DNA of 63,588 bases, counting the filler, from Platydemus manokwari (Eukaryota): NCBI GenBank assembly GCA_037951405.1. It is 5 parts of 5 records of this genome, joined end to end, with 100 filler letters (N's around TTAATTAATTAA, not from the genome) between each part and the next. Parts side by side here need not be neighbours in the genome. Positions count along the whole stretch, not along the records: positions 1 to 15,748 come from JBBMOY011245874.1; positions 15,849 to 25,643 come from JBBMOY011203543.1; positions 25,744 to 41,926 come from JBBMOY011204765.1; 2 more parts are not named here. One strand, given 5' to 3'. Made by a program: the position numbers and the translations under genes. Under the pieces are notes generated by a model that was given only the letters and a program-made list of their open reading frames with translations, was not told the origin of the DNA and made no database searches. Below, one piece after another: positions 13,645-25,849 of the stretch (the first letter of the stretch is position 1; the number at the start of each line of letters is the position of its first letter).

Positions 13645-13872
13645 CTATTCATAATCACATGGGCATCGAGGCTTTAACTTACTGTAAGGATTGCTATGCC
13701 AAGGTGTTCTACCACACATTCCGATTGGACTCGGACCAATGTCATGACGATATAGAAAGCCTTGAGTAAATGGGTTAATTAAACTACATTCTTGACCTTT
13801 TGTATGAGGTGATTGACCAGGTACTGGCTTAATACAGCCTTCATCATTCATTGGATCACAAAAATTTTGCAT
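13645..13872 (-). CDS. 75-aa Cys/Pro-rich microprotein, paralog B
   Basis: Shares the QEC / QGxLYRHDIxP / IGMxGxxPW motif with 7482-7700. AATAAA lies ~14 nt past the stop, and the shared upstream motif sits at the same distance from the ATG. Confidence 0.75.
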   Translation of the reverse strand: MQNFCDPMNDEGCIKPVPGQSPHTKGQECSLINPFTQGFLYRHDIGPSPIGMCGRTPWHSNPYSKLKPRCPCDYE

Positions 13873-14499
13873 ATCAATTAATTATTTGATTTATTAAATT
13901 GCTAATAGTTACAAATTGATTTTTAATGAAGAATATTATCAAATTAATCAACGGTTATTTTGAATTAGTGATAATACTCACAACAATATATCATTTTCTT
14001 GAACTGTTTGTCTATCGTTTTCGTCCAATTGGTGTACTTTTGGATATGATTAGTATGTAAAAAATAATGTTTTATATAAAGTGAGTTTTGTTTTACTATA
14101 AAATGCTAAGTTTTTGATTCATGATGACTATATTGCTATGCATGTATTGTTAAGCAAAACTGAATTTGACGAATGAAATTTATTTATTTATATTGACTCT
14201 AATCAAACCAAGCCAACCTTATAAGATTTTATGAAAATTCGGAAGATAAAATTATAAGAAAAACGAGTTTCTTCAAATATAATCTTGATTTGAAATATGA
14301 TAGTATCGATTTCTTATGCAGTATCTGGTGACCAAATTTTTCATTTTGAATGTTTAGATGAGATTTCTAAATATCTTTCTGGCTTCTGATAGTCATTCCT
14401 TGAAAGGATGTCTGAAATCAAAATTTAAGTGGGTTTTATCTTTAACCAGTTTTCACTTATTGAAATATAGAAGAATCTCGTAGCAAAGTAACAACTTTG

Positions 14500-14730
14500 T
14501 GTTAGATTAGATACTAACTCTGACTGCAAAAATTATAATTATAAACTAATCAACAGTTCCTATAAATTTAATCAGATCGTCATCGTACAACGTTAAAAAT
14601 CGTAAATCAGAGTTACTCAGAAAAAGAAAAGCTCCAAAAGTCAAATGTCAGATCACAATGGAATCATTACCCGAAACATAAAAACGACAGAAAATACCAA
14701 CCATAAAGACTGGTGGTTGTTATCAGAAAT
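14500..14730 (-). mobile_element. Partial LTR-family fragment
   Basis: The block containing ataccaaccataa is the reverse complement of ~900-960 in the 562-1101 copy. Confidence 0.45.
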
Positions 14731-15748
14731 GGTCTCTTTATAGTGATCCAGTACTAAATTGTTATATATTTTTATTAAAGCAATCTACTAATTATTTTCT
14801 TTTAGAATTTTTCTAATATTAATTTAGAATTTTTTAATTATTACATAAAGTTTTATTTTTTACACACTCAACATTTAGCATCATAGAAATCTTTTTCTCT
14901 CTAATCACATATACATTTCTACAAAACTTTACAATGCTAATCGCGTTAGAATAGGGATTTTATTTTGACAAGAAAATTTAAAATTCCAATAAAAATTTCT
15001 GAAAGCCAAATATCAAGTTGGAATCTGACATGTGTGTCACTCGCAGATCTCTGACAAATGCGGTAACGACCATCATATTTTGACCATCAAAGATTATTTT
15101 GGAAAAATGGAGTATTTTTTCAATGTTACCGTTTTTTCAAGTGGTACACAATGAAAAATTTAAATTTAAAGGACTGAGTCTTGAAAAAATGGAGCGTTTA
15201 TCAATCAATATACTTAAATTGGCTAATTAATCGATTACATATCGACAATTAAACAGGCAATTCGATTCAAAAATCAAGCTTAACTAATTGAACTTAAGTT
15301 TTGATATTGTTTATAAATTATTCTTCGCTATTTCATATTTTGCGTACGGCAGATATTGTTAGATTTATTAAATAAATGAAGGTTGTAGGTTGTGTTTGTA
15401 GCAAAACCTAACACTAAATAACATCTCGTATAAATAAACATAAAAATAAGTGCTTAAAAGGCTAGTTGTCATATCACCATTTAGCTTTGAGTATAAGCAT
15501 TATCAATTTTTTCAAAATTTTTCACATTTTTTATAAATTTTTCTTTTAGTTTATTCTGAATAGCTGCTTTGCGCAGAGATATAATGACAAACCGCTGTCT
15601 ACACAACTCATTAATAAAAAATCAAATTCTTATATATGTTGGGGTTCTGCCCAACTAGTTAATTAAAACAATGAATTTACATTGAAAAATATGTATACAA
15701 TATTTGCACGACAGTACGTATAAAATGTGTAATAATTTTTATTGTATC

Positions 15749-15848
15749 NNNNNNNNNNNNNNNNNNNNNNNNNNNNNNNNNNNNNNNNNNNNTTAATTAA
15801 TTAANNNNNNNNNNNNNNNNNNNNNNNNNNNNNNNNNNNNNNNNNNNN
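15749..15848. other. Assembly gap with artificial six-frame-stop linker
   Basis: 44 N + TTAATTAATTAA + 44 N, identical in all four gaps. Confidence 0.97.
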
Positions 15849-16680
15849 TTTTTTTTATAATTTTTTTTATAAGTTTTTTCAAATTTTCCAATTTTTTATC
15901 CAATTAAAATGATTTATAAAACTTAAGGCATACTATTGACTATAGAACTGAATTTCAAATGAGATATTTCATTCACAACTTCATGAAAAATCTAAAAAAT
16001 AATAAATCAATACAGTCCTATAAAATTAGAAATTAGTCATTGTAAATTCTTCACTAAAGAATTATTGAGACACTTGAAGTATGGTAATGTCGATCGATTT
16101 CAATTTCTGAATATATTGTTGAATAAAATGAAAAAAAGTGATCGAAAGCACTATAAAAGTTATTGTATCAAATATAAAAACTTTTTTACAAATTATAAGT
16201 CATGCCTATTATTATAAAATTATTTCTGTATAACCGGAAGAAACAGTTATTAAAGTAATGTTGTGATAATAAAGTGGAAATAAATATCATGTTTTACATG
16301 TTTACCACTAATGTATCGGAACAAGAATGAAATTAAAATATTGAATTGATAACACAATAGTTAAATAGACAGTTATTTACAATTATATATATGTACACAT
16401 TCATTGAATTATTGATTGAAAACATATTGGAAAGCGATATTCTCGTCAAATTAAAAACGGGATACCGAAGTTTAATATCAGATTATCTACTAGTGCTTCA
16501 ATTTTAAGAGCTACTATGTGAATTCTTTTGATCTATTAATGTGAATAAGAAAAAGAGGAAATTTATTACCATGCAGAACATAGAATGAGTTCAACAACCG
16601 ATCACAAAAATATAAAAGGGAATTACAACTGTTGGGATGAAAACATATAAGAATGTACCTTTGACTACTAAAGGTTTTAA

Positions 16681-17697
16681 TTAATTATGTGCTAAACAAA
16701 TGATGCATTTATGATTCTTAGGGATGAAGAACCGTTGCCAAATTGACATACAGGAACAACGATTAAGAGTCGCCTTTATAAATATTCGAAAGTTTCGAAA
16801 TAAGATAACATATGCTACTGAATTTATTACTGCGAGATTTAAATACAGATATGGGTAGTAATAAATGAAGTGATTTGTAACAATCATTGGAACTTTATCT
16901 AAAGAATATAATAGATAATGTACCATATCGATTGTCAAAATCATAACATACAATCCATTAGCAATGAAATTAGCTATGGAAAATCTTGTCACCAATTGCT
17001 TCCGTGAATTTTCAGTTGACGAACCATTGATATTGATTTTACGTTTTGAGCTTTGATAAATGAAATAAATGGAAATGGCATTTAAAACAACAAATATGGT
17101 TACAGGACCAATCAAGGTAAACATGAAATAAAATATTATGAGCAACATTGACTTATTAAATGAACAATTGAACATGATTGTCTTTGTATCATTTGTTCCA
17201 TTGTAATATAATATGTCTGAGATTATGAAATAATTATTATGGACTGACACCAGGCAAGGAGACAGTATTGCAATTATTAGATAAAAATAAACATCATAAT
17301 GTTTACGTTGTAGTTTATAAAATATCGGGAAAACAATGCAGATGAATCTATCGATTGTCAATGCAATTGTTAAATATAAGCTTGTGTTCGATAATTGCGT
17401 CTGTGCTATTTGAGTATGTATGAATTTACAAATGAATTGAACGTATATCGTATTACTAGATTGAAATACGTGATCCTCTTTGTATAGCCAAGTACTTGTT
17501 GAAATCAAAAACAATAAATCAACAATTGTTCCGGCTTTCATAAGAATCATTGCCGTTCTGGATGCGAATTTCTTTTGGAACAAAAATACTAGCAGAAATA
17601 AATTCAATAAAATATAAAAGAATACAATAGTGTATCGAACAATCACAAAACCTATCGAATCTCCAAGATTATTATCGATACGAAATCTCAATGTCAT
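16681..17697 (-). CDS. Intronless orphan rhodopsin-family (class A) GPCR, 338 aa
   Basis: About seven hydrophobic segments; TM1 Asn, TM2 Asp (VDLL), Cys at the top of TM3 (ICK), TIDRFICIVFP (DRY variant), ECL2 Cys, TM5 Pro, and TM7 NSVAY followed by an FRNFR helix 8. Confidence 0.85.
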   Translation of the reverse strand: MTLRFRIDNNLGDSIGFVIVRYTIVFFYILLNLFLLVFLFQKKFASRTAMILMKAGTIVDLLFLISTSTWLYKEDHVFQSSNTIYVQFICKFIHTQIAQTQLSNTSLYLTIALTIDRFICIVFPIFYKLQRKHYDVYFYLIIAILSPCLVSVHNNYFIISDILYYNGTNDTKTIMFNCSFNKSMLLIIFYFMFTLIGPVTIFVVLNAISIYFIYQSSKRKININGSSTENSRKQLVTRFSIANFIANGLYVMILTIDMVHYLLYSLDKVPMIVTNHFIYYYPYLYLNLAVINSVAYVILFRNFRIFIKATLNRCSCMSIWQRFFIPKNHKCIICLAHN

Positions 17698-18829
17698 ATT
17701 TTTGGAATCATTAGCAAGGCATTACTGAAATATTATTGATCTGTCATTTGATTGGTTTAGAAAATGACCAATTGTAAAATATTTTTATAATATTTTCTTT
17801 AATACAAATAAATTCAAATATTTCAATACATGCGAGACGATTTCGAATTTATCGAAATTTGAGAAAATTCATAATCAATCTTTTATAAATATTCGTTTGT
17901 TGGAATAATTATAACTAAAATATAATTTGGTGTCGTGATTATTTTGTGCGACTTACAATGCGAGTGTTGCCTTGAGATCTTCAAATTTTCATCCTTTGAA
18001 ACCGAAATATATATGTTCATGAGGTACATGAATTCATGTTTTAACCCTTTCAATACGACTTTTGGCCAGTGAAAAATTTTTTGCATAACTGAACTATATG
18101 TGCTGCCAATAAATAAAGGAACATATTTACATAATTTCAGATTTATAGAAAACATGGTTTTTTGAAAAAATGCCTCGGGACACATATGTTCCTGCAGTAG
18201 CTTGATGCGAATAATTTTCGCATCATTAATTTTTGAACATTCTCTGGGACTTATATATTCCAGCAGTATTGAAAGGGATAACGTACAAACACTTCGAATA
18301 CATTAAGTTGATGTATTTATTGATTAGTGAAACAAATGAATTGTTTGAATAATGCTTCAAATGAGATTCGTTTAAAAGTCTCTATAATGATATTTTTGAT
18401 TTAAATAAGTAAAAGAATTATGAAAATGTAGTCGTTAAAAATAACATTTTGGTAGACATATATACCAAAAGTGAATCGACAGCGGTTTTGTAGAATTAAT
18501 TTGAAATAATTTTTCTTAATTTTAAAAATTTTCAAACTTATTAAATTATTAAGATAAGTTTTCGTAACTTAAGGAACAATCGAAAAAAATAATTTCATAT
18601 AAATTTAATAATGTAATCAAAAGTTATTAATAACTTCATTAGCTATTTGTTTGGAATTATACCAAAACATATTCGATTGACCAAGTTATTTTCACATAAT
18701 CGTTTCAGCTACGTATGGTTTTTGTTATAAATAGGAATGTCAGTGATTATTATGCGTTTGTGATAACTCGGTACATCGAGATTAAGGTTTTCGTTTATTA
18801 AACATAATTCTAATGAATTTTGTTTCGAA

Positions 18830-19119
18830 ATATGCACACGGCCAAAAAGACTAAGGACAAGATTGAGGAATGGGACGGAGTCGAACTTTTTCCGCATCCA
18901 GCTTACAGCCCAGATTGTGCACCATCCGATTACAGTCTTTTCCGCTCAATGCAACAATTTCTGAAAGGACGCAGGTTTGAGTCGTTTGATGAAGTTGAAG
19001 AAGCGTGCCAAGTGTTCTTTGATTCGAAGCCGTCTGAATGGTACTTTGGCCAGATTCGGAAAATTGCAGCTCGATGGCAAAACGTTATTGATAATGACGG
19101 ACTTTATTTTGAGGGATAG
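18830..19119 (+). mobile_element. mariner transposase C-terminal fragment
   Basis: HPAYSPDCAPSDY (mariner YSPDLAPxD motif), then LKGRRF...RWQNVIDNDGLYF. 5'-truncated; no TIR found. Confidence 0.9.
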
Positions 19120-19507
19120 TTGTTGTTTTAAATAAATTTATGTACTACACTTTTTATTTCCAATATTTATAATTTTTTTAAAATTTTTGTTTGAGCTTCG
19201 GATTTTTATTTGCTTTTTTCTTATGTCTATATATGTTATGTTACGTCTTACTAAATATTGATATGTTACCTGTAAACGTTATTATTATTATTTATTTCCA
19301 AATATAAAACCATAATTTGTAAAAAATATTTTGATTAAATATGAGATTTCACTAAGTGTAACGATTTATCAATTCCAATCTAACTCCAAAGATTTATTTA
19401 AAATTAAAGATAAACATAAATAAATAATTCAATGATGCATTAAAATATAATTGCTTATTAAAATGCTAATAATTATGACTAAAATAAAAGTGCAATAGCA
19501 GTTAGAT

Positions 19508-22500
19508 CAGTGGTTGACAACCACTGTTCCGCGAAGTAAGTAATTATTAAGCTTTGTTATGCTTTATATCATCTTTATATCTCGTTTACAATATCATCAG
19601 GCTCTTTGCAGATAATTCTTATTTAATATTTAGGTGTTGTAATTTAATGTTTCAGTAGAACTCATAAAAAACATGATTAAATATAATAAAAATTCTCTTA
19701 GATTTATTTTATTTTTAGATTTAATTCACCTTTAAATATGGACAAGTATTTCAAAAGAAAAGGCGATGGTGACAAGAAAGATTCTACAACTTCATTTAAA
19801 AAACCAAAGGTTTATCGATTGTATAATTATAATTACTTGGTATTTGGGTTTCACTGAACTGGAGATACACAGATTCCTGTGTGTTGTGTGTGGCCACATG
19901 CTGTCTAATGAAGTAATAGTTCCAAGTAAGATGAAAATGCATCTTACAACAAATCATTCTAATCTTCAAATTAAAAATGTCCATTATTTCCAACGGTTGT
20001 TAGAATCAAATACAATTCAAAGTCAACTATTTAAGAAAACAGTAACTGTGTACAAAAAAGCTCAATTGATTTCAGATGAGTTGGCAAAAAATTTTGATCT
20101 TAAATCGAAGTCTCATGTTTATAAAAAATCACCGATCCTTCCAACATGCAAAGGGATGATGAAAATAATACTTGGCGACAAGACCGAACAAGAAATTAAA
20201 GAAATTAGGAAGATCCCTCTTTCAAACAATACAATTCAGAGAAGGATTCTTGACTTATCTAATAATATTGAGGAAAGTGTATTGCACAAATTTCAAAATA
20301 ATATCTTTGCTCTACAAATCGATGAATCCACTGACATCAGTAACTATTCACAGTTAATTGCATTTATTCGTGTCATCGATGAAGATGCCATAATTAATCG
20401 ATTTCTATGCTGCAAACCCACAACTACAAAATTTCAGGATATTTTTTTTACAATCACAATATACATTGAAAAAATGGTATATCTTGGGATTTATGTGTGG
20501 GAATATGTACCGATGAAGCAACATCAATGGTTGATTAGGTTAGAAGTGTGAAAAACAGAATCCTAACATCGTGTGAACTCATTTCTTTTTACAAAGAGAA
20601 GTATTGGTTTCAAAGATAGCACAAAATGAATTAATGAAGGCGTTGAATCAAGTGATCGAAATTGTAAATTTCACAAAAACTCGGCCGTTGAAGTGGCTGT
20701 GCAAGAATATGAATTCTCATTATGTTTGTTTACTATTGTACAGAGATATGAGATGGTTATCGAAAGAAAGGTGCCATCTCGCATAATTAAGATTTAGAAA
20801 GAACTTTTTGTTTTTTTTGAAAAGCTTGATATGTCTTGTAAATCCCTTAAAAATGAATTATAAATATTCAAAATAGAGTGCTTAAGTGAGATATTTGGAC
20901 ATTTCAATAGTCTGAATAGCGATATGCACGGCAGAAATGAAAATATTCTTACAACAACAGGTAAATTAGTTACTTTTAAGAAAAAAATGAAATCTAGAAG
21001 AAAAGAGTGATGATAAACTATTTGGATATGTTTCCATCAGTTTGCAAAACCTGCGTTACCGAGATGTTTCTCATTATTTGTGAGTATTTGATAATTTTCG
21101 AAAATTAAATTGAAGAACGTTTCCCCTCAACCAGCTTTAAAGAATTTGATTGGATTCGCAATCCTTTCCTAGATTTATCTATAATTAATCTTTCCTTATT
21201 TGAGGTATGTGAAAAGGAAGAACTAGTGAGTCTTTCCCGTGATCGGGGACTAAAATTGAAGTGCACACAACTGGCATTAGCCCCTTTTGTATTTTTGTTA
21301 TAGAAGAGTATCTAATCTTAGTAAAAAAAGTCTTACTGCAATTCTCAAATACGTACCTATGTGAACTGGGCATTTCTTACCGAAACAACATTAAAAATAA
21401 AAAAGTGAAAGACTTAAAAATATTGACGAAGAGTTAAGAGTATATCTTTCTCACATTCGCTCACAAATTGAAGCAGTAGTAAAGAAGCAATAGCACAAGT
21501 GTCCCACTGACATTGTTGGGGTTTCAGATAATAAAGTGGAGCTTAAATAAATTTAAAACAACCACACAGCTATCGAGATAACACAAAATTTTACTCATCA
21601 TTGTGTTGCAATTAATAATAATAAGCCGGATTCGAAATAGATCGTGACTGCTTCGTCTTGATTTATTTTTCACAAATGAATAAATAATAAGCTGCTTCGG
21701 TTAAATTCTTCTTTCGAAAATAACTCGATAATAGAACTACTTCGTATAGATTCTTCTTTTTCAATTGAATGATTAATAAAACTGCTTCTTGCAAATGCTT
21801 CTTTCAAAAATAGATAATAAACTGAATTGCTCGGAACATTTCGTAAAATAAAGTGCAATCAAACTGAAATTGCTCGCTTTTACATACTGATTTTGGAGGT
21901 CGCATGCGTCATACCAGTGTGCTTATTTTTTGTCCTCTTTTATTTCTAAATTTAGAAACTCTCTATGCGTCATGCCTAAATTTAGCAACAGTCTACTGTT
22001 TTTAGCTACTTGAGTTGCTAAATTGACCTACACTTTTTTTAGCAATGACGTGGTTGCTAAAAATATATTTTGAAATTATTTTTTGCTTTTGACCTTGGGT
22101 CCTATCTGGCTGACCTTGAAGTCGTTTAAACAAAAGAATTTGTTGTAGACAAACAAAATTTTTGTTTTATTTATTTTTAAATATTTTTCTATAAGATTTT
22201 GAATTTTATCTGTTTTATTTTTTAGGTCTAATGTAAAAAATTTTTAAATTAAATTTTTTAAGTTTTTAAATATTCTTTTTATTTTTATATAAATTTATGC
22301 ATATTTTATATTATAATGTGTCGGGTAAAGTCGGATTCCACAATATTCACAATTATTATTTTATACCCGGTATTGAATACAACAGGGGTCGATCTTGAAG
22401 TCAATTTTAGTCTATCGCGTGAGATATTATTTAAATGAAAAGTCGATCTTACGTACACAAAAGTTGGCCACCTCTGGAATACAACATATTTTGTATAGAT

Positions 22501-22659
22501 GCGAATAAAAATCCCGTTGTATGATCATCATTGTTTTATAATAATTTAATTGAAAAAAATTTTAAGAGTAGAAAATATTTATTTTTTGTGATAGATGTAC
22601 CGTGAAAATGTATATAGCTCAATAGGGTACCGCGGTGTAAAAAAGGTTAGGAGCCACTG
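19508..22659 (+). mobile_element. hAT (Buster/Charlie-type) DNA transposon with decayed transposase at ~19738-21510
   Basis: Imperfect TIRs CAGTGGTTGACAACC / CAGTGGCTCCTAACC. 8-bp TSD AGTTAGAT vs AGCTAGAT with central TA. Transposase motifs CVVC...HL..NH, PLSNNTIQRRI, FALQIDESTD, RWLS and TYLCELG are broken by frameshifts and stops. Confidence 0.88.
21685..21835. repeat. Degenerate ~45-bp tandem repeat (~3.5 copies) inside the hAT element
   Basis: Recurring taata..ct(g/a)cttc....a(a/g)at(t/g)cttcttt unit. Confidence 0.6.
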
Positions 22660-23484
22660 AGCTAGATGATAGTTCTAGACAAAGAAACGATAAATAAATA
22701 AGAAGGATCTGCTTTAATTGATGATTTAATTTTACTTAAATGGATTCTAGTTTTACTAGAACAATTATTTGTAAGCTATAAATTCTCTTGTGAAAATACC
22801 TGTAACACCCTAAATTCATTTCACACTCTGAAGATGGTAAGAACTGAAGTTTTCGTAATCACTAGCGCTGGTTAAGGTTATAAGAGTTATCTTTAATATA
22901 ATTAACTAAAGAGAATCTTTAGTTATATTGGTTTCAGTTGATCATTGATCATTTAACCAAGAGATTATAAAATAATGAAGAATGAGTAATTTAATTAATT
23001 TTGATCTAAAATTAAAAATTGTATTAAAATTAATTTTTGCATAAAATTCTAAAAAAAACTACATATAAAATTAAATCATAAAATTAATTCATATACAAAA
23101 ATTCATCAAAGTGAAATCAGATCAAATGACCCATTTTCTCAACGAAATAAAATTAAACAAATTCGTTCCATCATATCTTGCGTTGAGAAGATTTTAAAAA
23201 AATTATTTTGGTATGAATATTTGATATGAACAAATCTGATAAAATTCTATTAAGTTATATTCATTGTCTGAATAATTAATTAAAACATCTTAATTCATAG
23301 GTGAATATTTATGAATAATTCAATATCTAATGCTTTTCTGACAGATTGTTTAAATATTTCTCTTAATAAATTGAATTTTAAATTAAGTTTAAAATCGTAT
23401 TAAATGTTTTTGTAATTTTCTTTTTAATCATTATTTTTATATTATGTCTGATTTAGAGTATTTAAGTAATAATAACATTAATTA

Positions 23485-24247
23485 ATGGTGTCAGATTTAA
23501 AGGATAATGTTTTCACTTTAGTCAATCAGACAGACGAAGGTACTAATTTTATTGTAAATAGAATACAAAATGAAACTCCAATTAAGATCCCAAAAATATG
23601 ATTGATGCTTTATATGAAGACAAATTAAAATTATTAAAGGAGAAAAAGCTATTATTAATTGAATTAGCGCAAAAGGATGAACAATTTAGAAAATTATCGG
23701 AAAAATACCAAAAGAAATGGGAAAATGTCTGCAGTTATCTCAGATCTGTATGCTTGATTAGAGTGTTTGAAATTACTTTTAAATAATAATAGATTGAGGA
23801 TTTATGCAATGAGTTGAATATTAGTGACAGCAGATTAGCGGATTTGAAGGAAGATAATGGAATAATATTCGACACACCAATGGATTCAAGTTATTCCAAT
23901 TCATCTTATTTTACCGTCACAGAAACCGAAGATTCTAATTTCACGACATCATCAGAATCACTGGTCGCTACAAATGATACAATCAAGAAGAATCTTAAAC
24001 CGAAAGAAGCATTTCTTTCTTTGAATAGTCTTTCAAATTTGAACGGCATGTATTTATTATTGATGGGAAATAATTTATAAGGAATTTTTCGTTCTAATAT
24101 TCAGATGTTGATAGATCTGATAATGAAAGCAGTGATAATATTTACCCGGCCTATCATTCAACCAATCGACCCCAATCGCATTGCCTTCTCAATAATAATA
24201 AATCATCGAATAATACCAACAATATAGGCATTGATTCAGGTTTGTAG
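23485..24247 (+). CDS. Uncharacterized coiled-coil / Ser-rich protein, ~203 aa; predicted exons 23485-23539, 23587-23747, 23793-24045, 24105-24247
   Basis: Short introns (47, 45, 59 bp) join the ORF-track pieces into one open frame: a K/L/E-rich heptad region, then a Ser/Thr/Asn-rich tail. The third intron needs a GC donor. First and last exons are uncertain. Confidence 0.6.
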
Positions 24248-24979
24248 TGGAGAAAAATTGGGATTTTTCTTTAATTTTCCTTCAATATTTTCATTAATTA
24301 TATCAATGGATAATTATTATATTATTTTTATTAGATAATATTTATTTATATTTGAGATATGAAAGGGTTAGTTTCATTAAAATGTTCAAATACACCAAAA
24401 TGGTGGGGAAATAATCGTTATTTGACACATTTATTGTTTATTTCTCAACAAATTTATCATCCGTCACAGTTCATTGGATTGTAAGGCTTGCGGATTCTGA
24501 TCTGTTTTTGTATCATTCGATCGATTATAAGCACACATTTCCACTGATTGCTTCAAAACGTTTAAAATCTCATGATTCTCAAACGCAACAATTACTTTCA
24601 TCTGCGTTCGGCCATGCTTTCGTGGAAATACGCTCTGGGATAAATCGATTAATTTGAGAGCATAAATCTTTCATATTGTTTCGAAGAGAACGTTTTGAAT
24701 CAATATTGATTGAAGTTTTTCTCAACGTTAAATGCATTCGATAAGGATCAATTACAGTAATCTCAAACCATGATTTGAGGAATGAGATGCTAAATAATTC
24801 GTCGATGATATTTAGCCAATCAACTCAAGAATGAATCTCGTCACGATCGATTATAGGGAATCATCGGTAACGATGAATCACCATTGAAAATATGAATAAT
24901 GTTACCGATTGTCGATAACCAATCGAAATAAATCATTTTTGCATCATCAATGTTTGCAAGGTGTAACATGAGCTATAAT

Positions 24980-25050
24980 ATGTGTATGTGTGTGTACGTG
25001 TTGATACATGACACACACCCACACACATATATATAAATAGAGAGAGAGTG
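24980..25050. repeat. Compound (TG)/(CA)/(TA)/(GA) microsatellite
   Basis: tgtgtatgtgtgtg...acacacacccacacacatatatataaatagagagagag. Confidence 0.8.
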
Positions 25051-25369
25051 ATTGATTGTACCAATCATGTGCCGATCGAATATTTGTACAATTGCATATT
25101 GTCAAATATTGTTTGTCAGTAGTACATCACACACACAAGCACACAATACATTACCGATACCCCCATCGAGATCACCTCCGCCGACATCATTTATCTCATC
25201 GCTCACACAATATTTCAATCGCTTGTGCGTGCCTTCTCTTATATCGTGAGAATACGAGTTCGATTACATCAATTAAAACAATAACATTCTCAGGGCATAT
25301 TTAATTGATTTACTTTTATCAAGGATATTATCGATAACAATGATGATTATATTTATAAATTAGTACTCA

Positions 25370-25568
25370 TTAATTATATTATTATTATTATTATTATTGA
25401 GAAATAATCATTATCAATTTCGCCTTAATGTATAATCATTATTATTATTATCATCTATTATCTGCTATATATTTTTTTAATAAAATTAACGATCATTATA
25501 ATAATAATAAATCCATGTTTTAAGCATTATTATTATTGTCAAGATTATTATTATTATTGATATTATTA

Positions 25569-25603
<35 letters not shown>

Positions 25604-25643
25604 GATATTATTATTGTTATTATTAATAATATCATAATAATAA
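25370..25643. repeat. Imperfect (ATT)n microsatellite running into a gap
   Basis: Long attattattatt tracts, densest at 25545-25630. Confidence 0.9.
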
Positions 25644-25743
25644 NNNNNNNNNNNNNNNNNNNNNNNNNNNNNNNNNNNNNNNNNNNNTTAATTAATTAAN
25701 NNNNNNNNNNNNNNNNNNNNNNNNNNNNNNNNNNNNNNNNNNN
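25644..25743. other. Assembly gap with artificial linker
   Basis: N44-TTAATTAATTAA-N44. Confidence 0.97.
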
Positions 25744-25849
25744 TGAACAAAAACAATGTAATATATGATGAAGATGTTAGAAAGGTTCTTTATAATAATG
25801 TGATAGTAGAATAAAATTTTAAAGTTTAAAATCACACATGCATAAAATA

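Noticed and set aside
22828-22852. CTGAAGATGGTAAGAACTGAAG, like a Penelope-type hammerhead ribozyme core
   Set aside because: GAAA is broken (GAAG) and stems I/III could not be identified.
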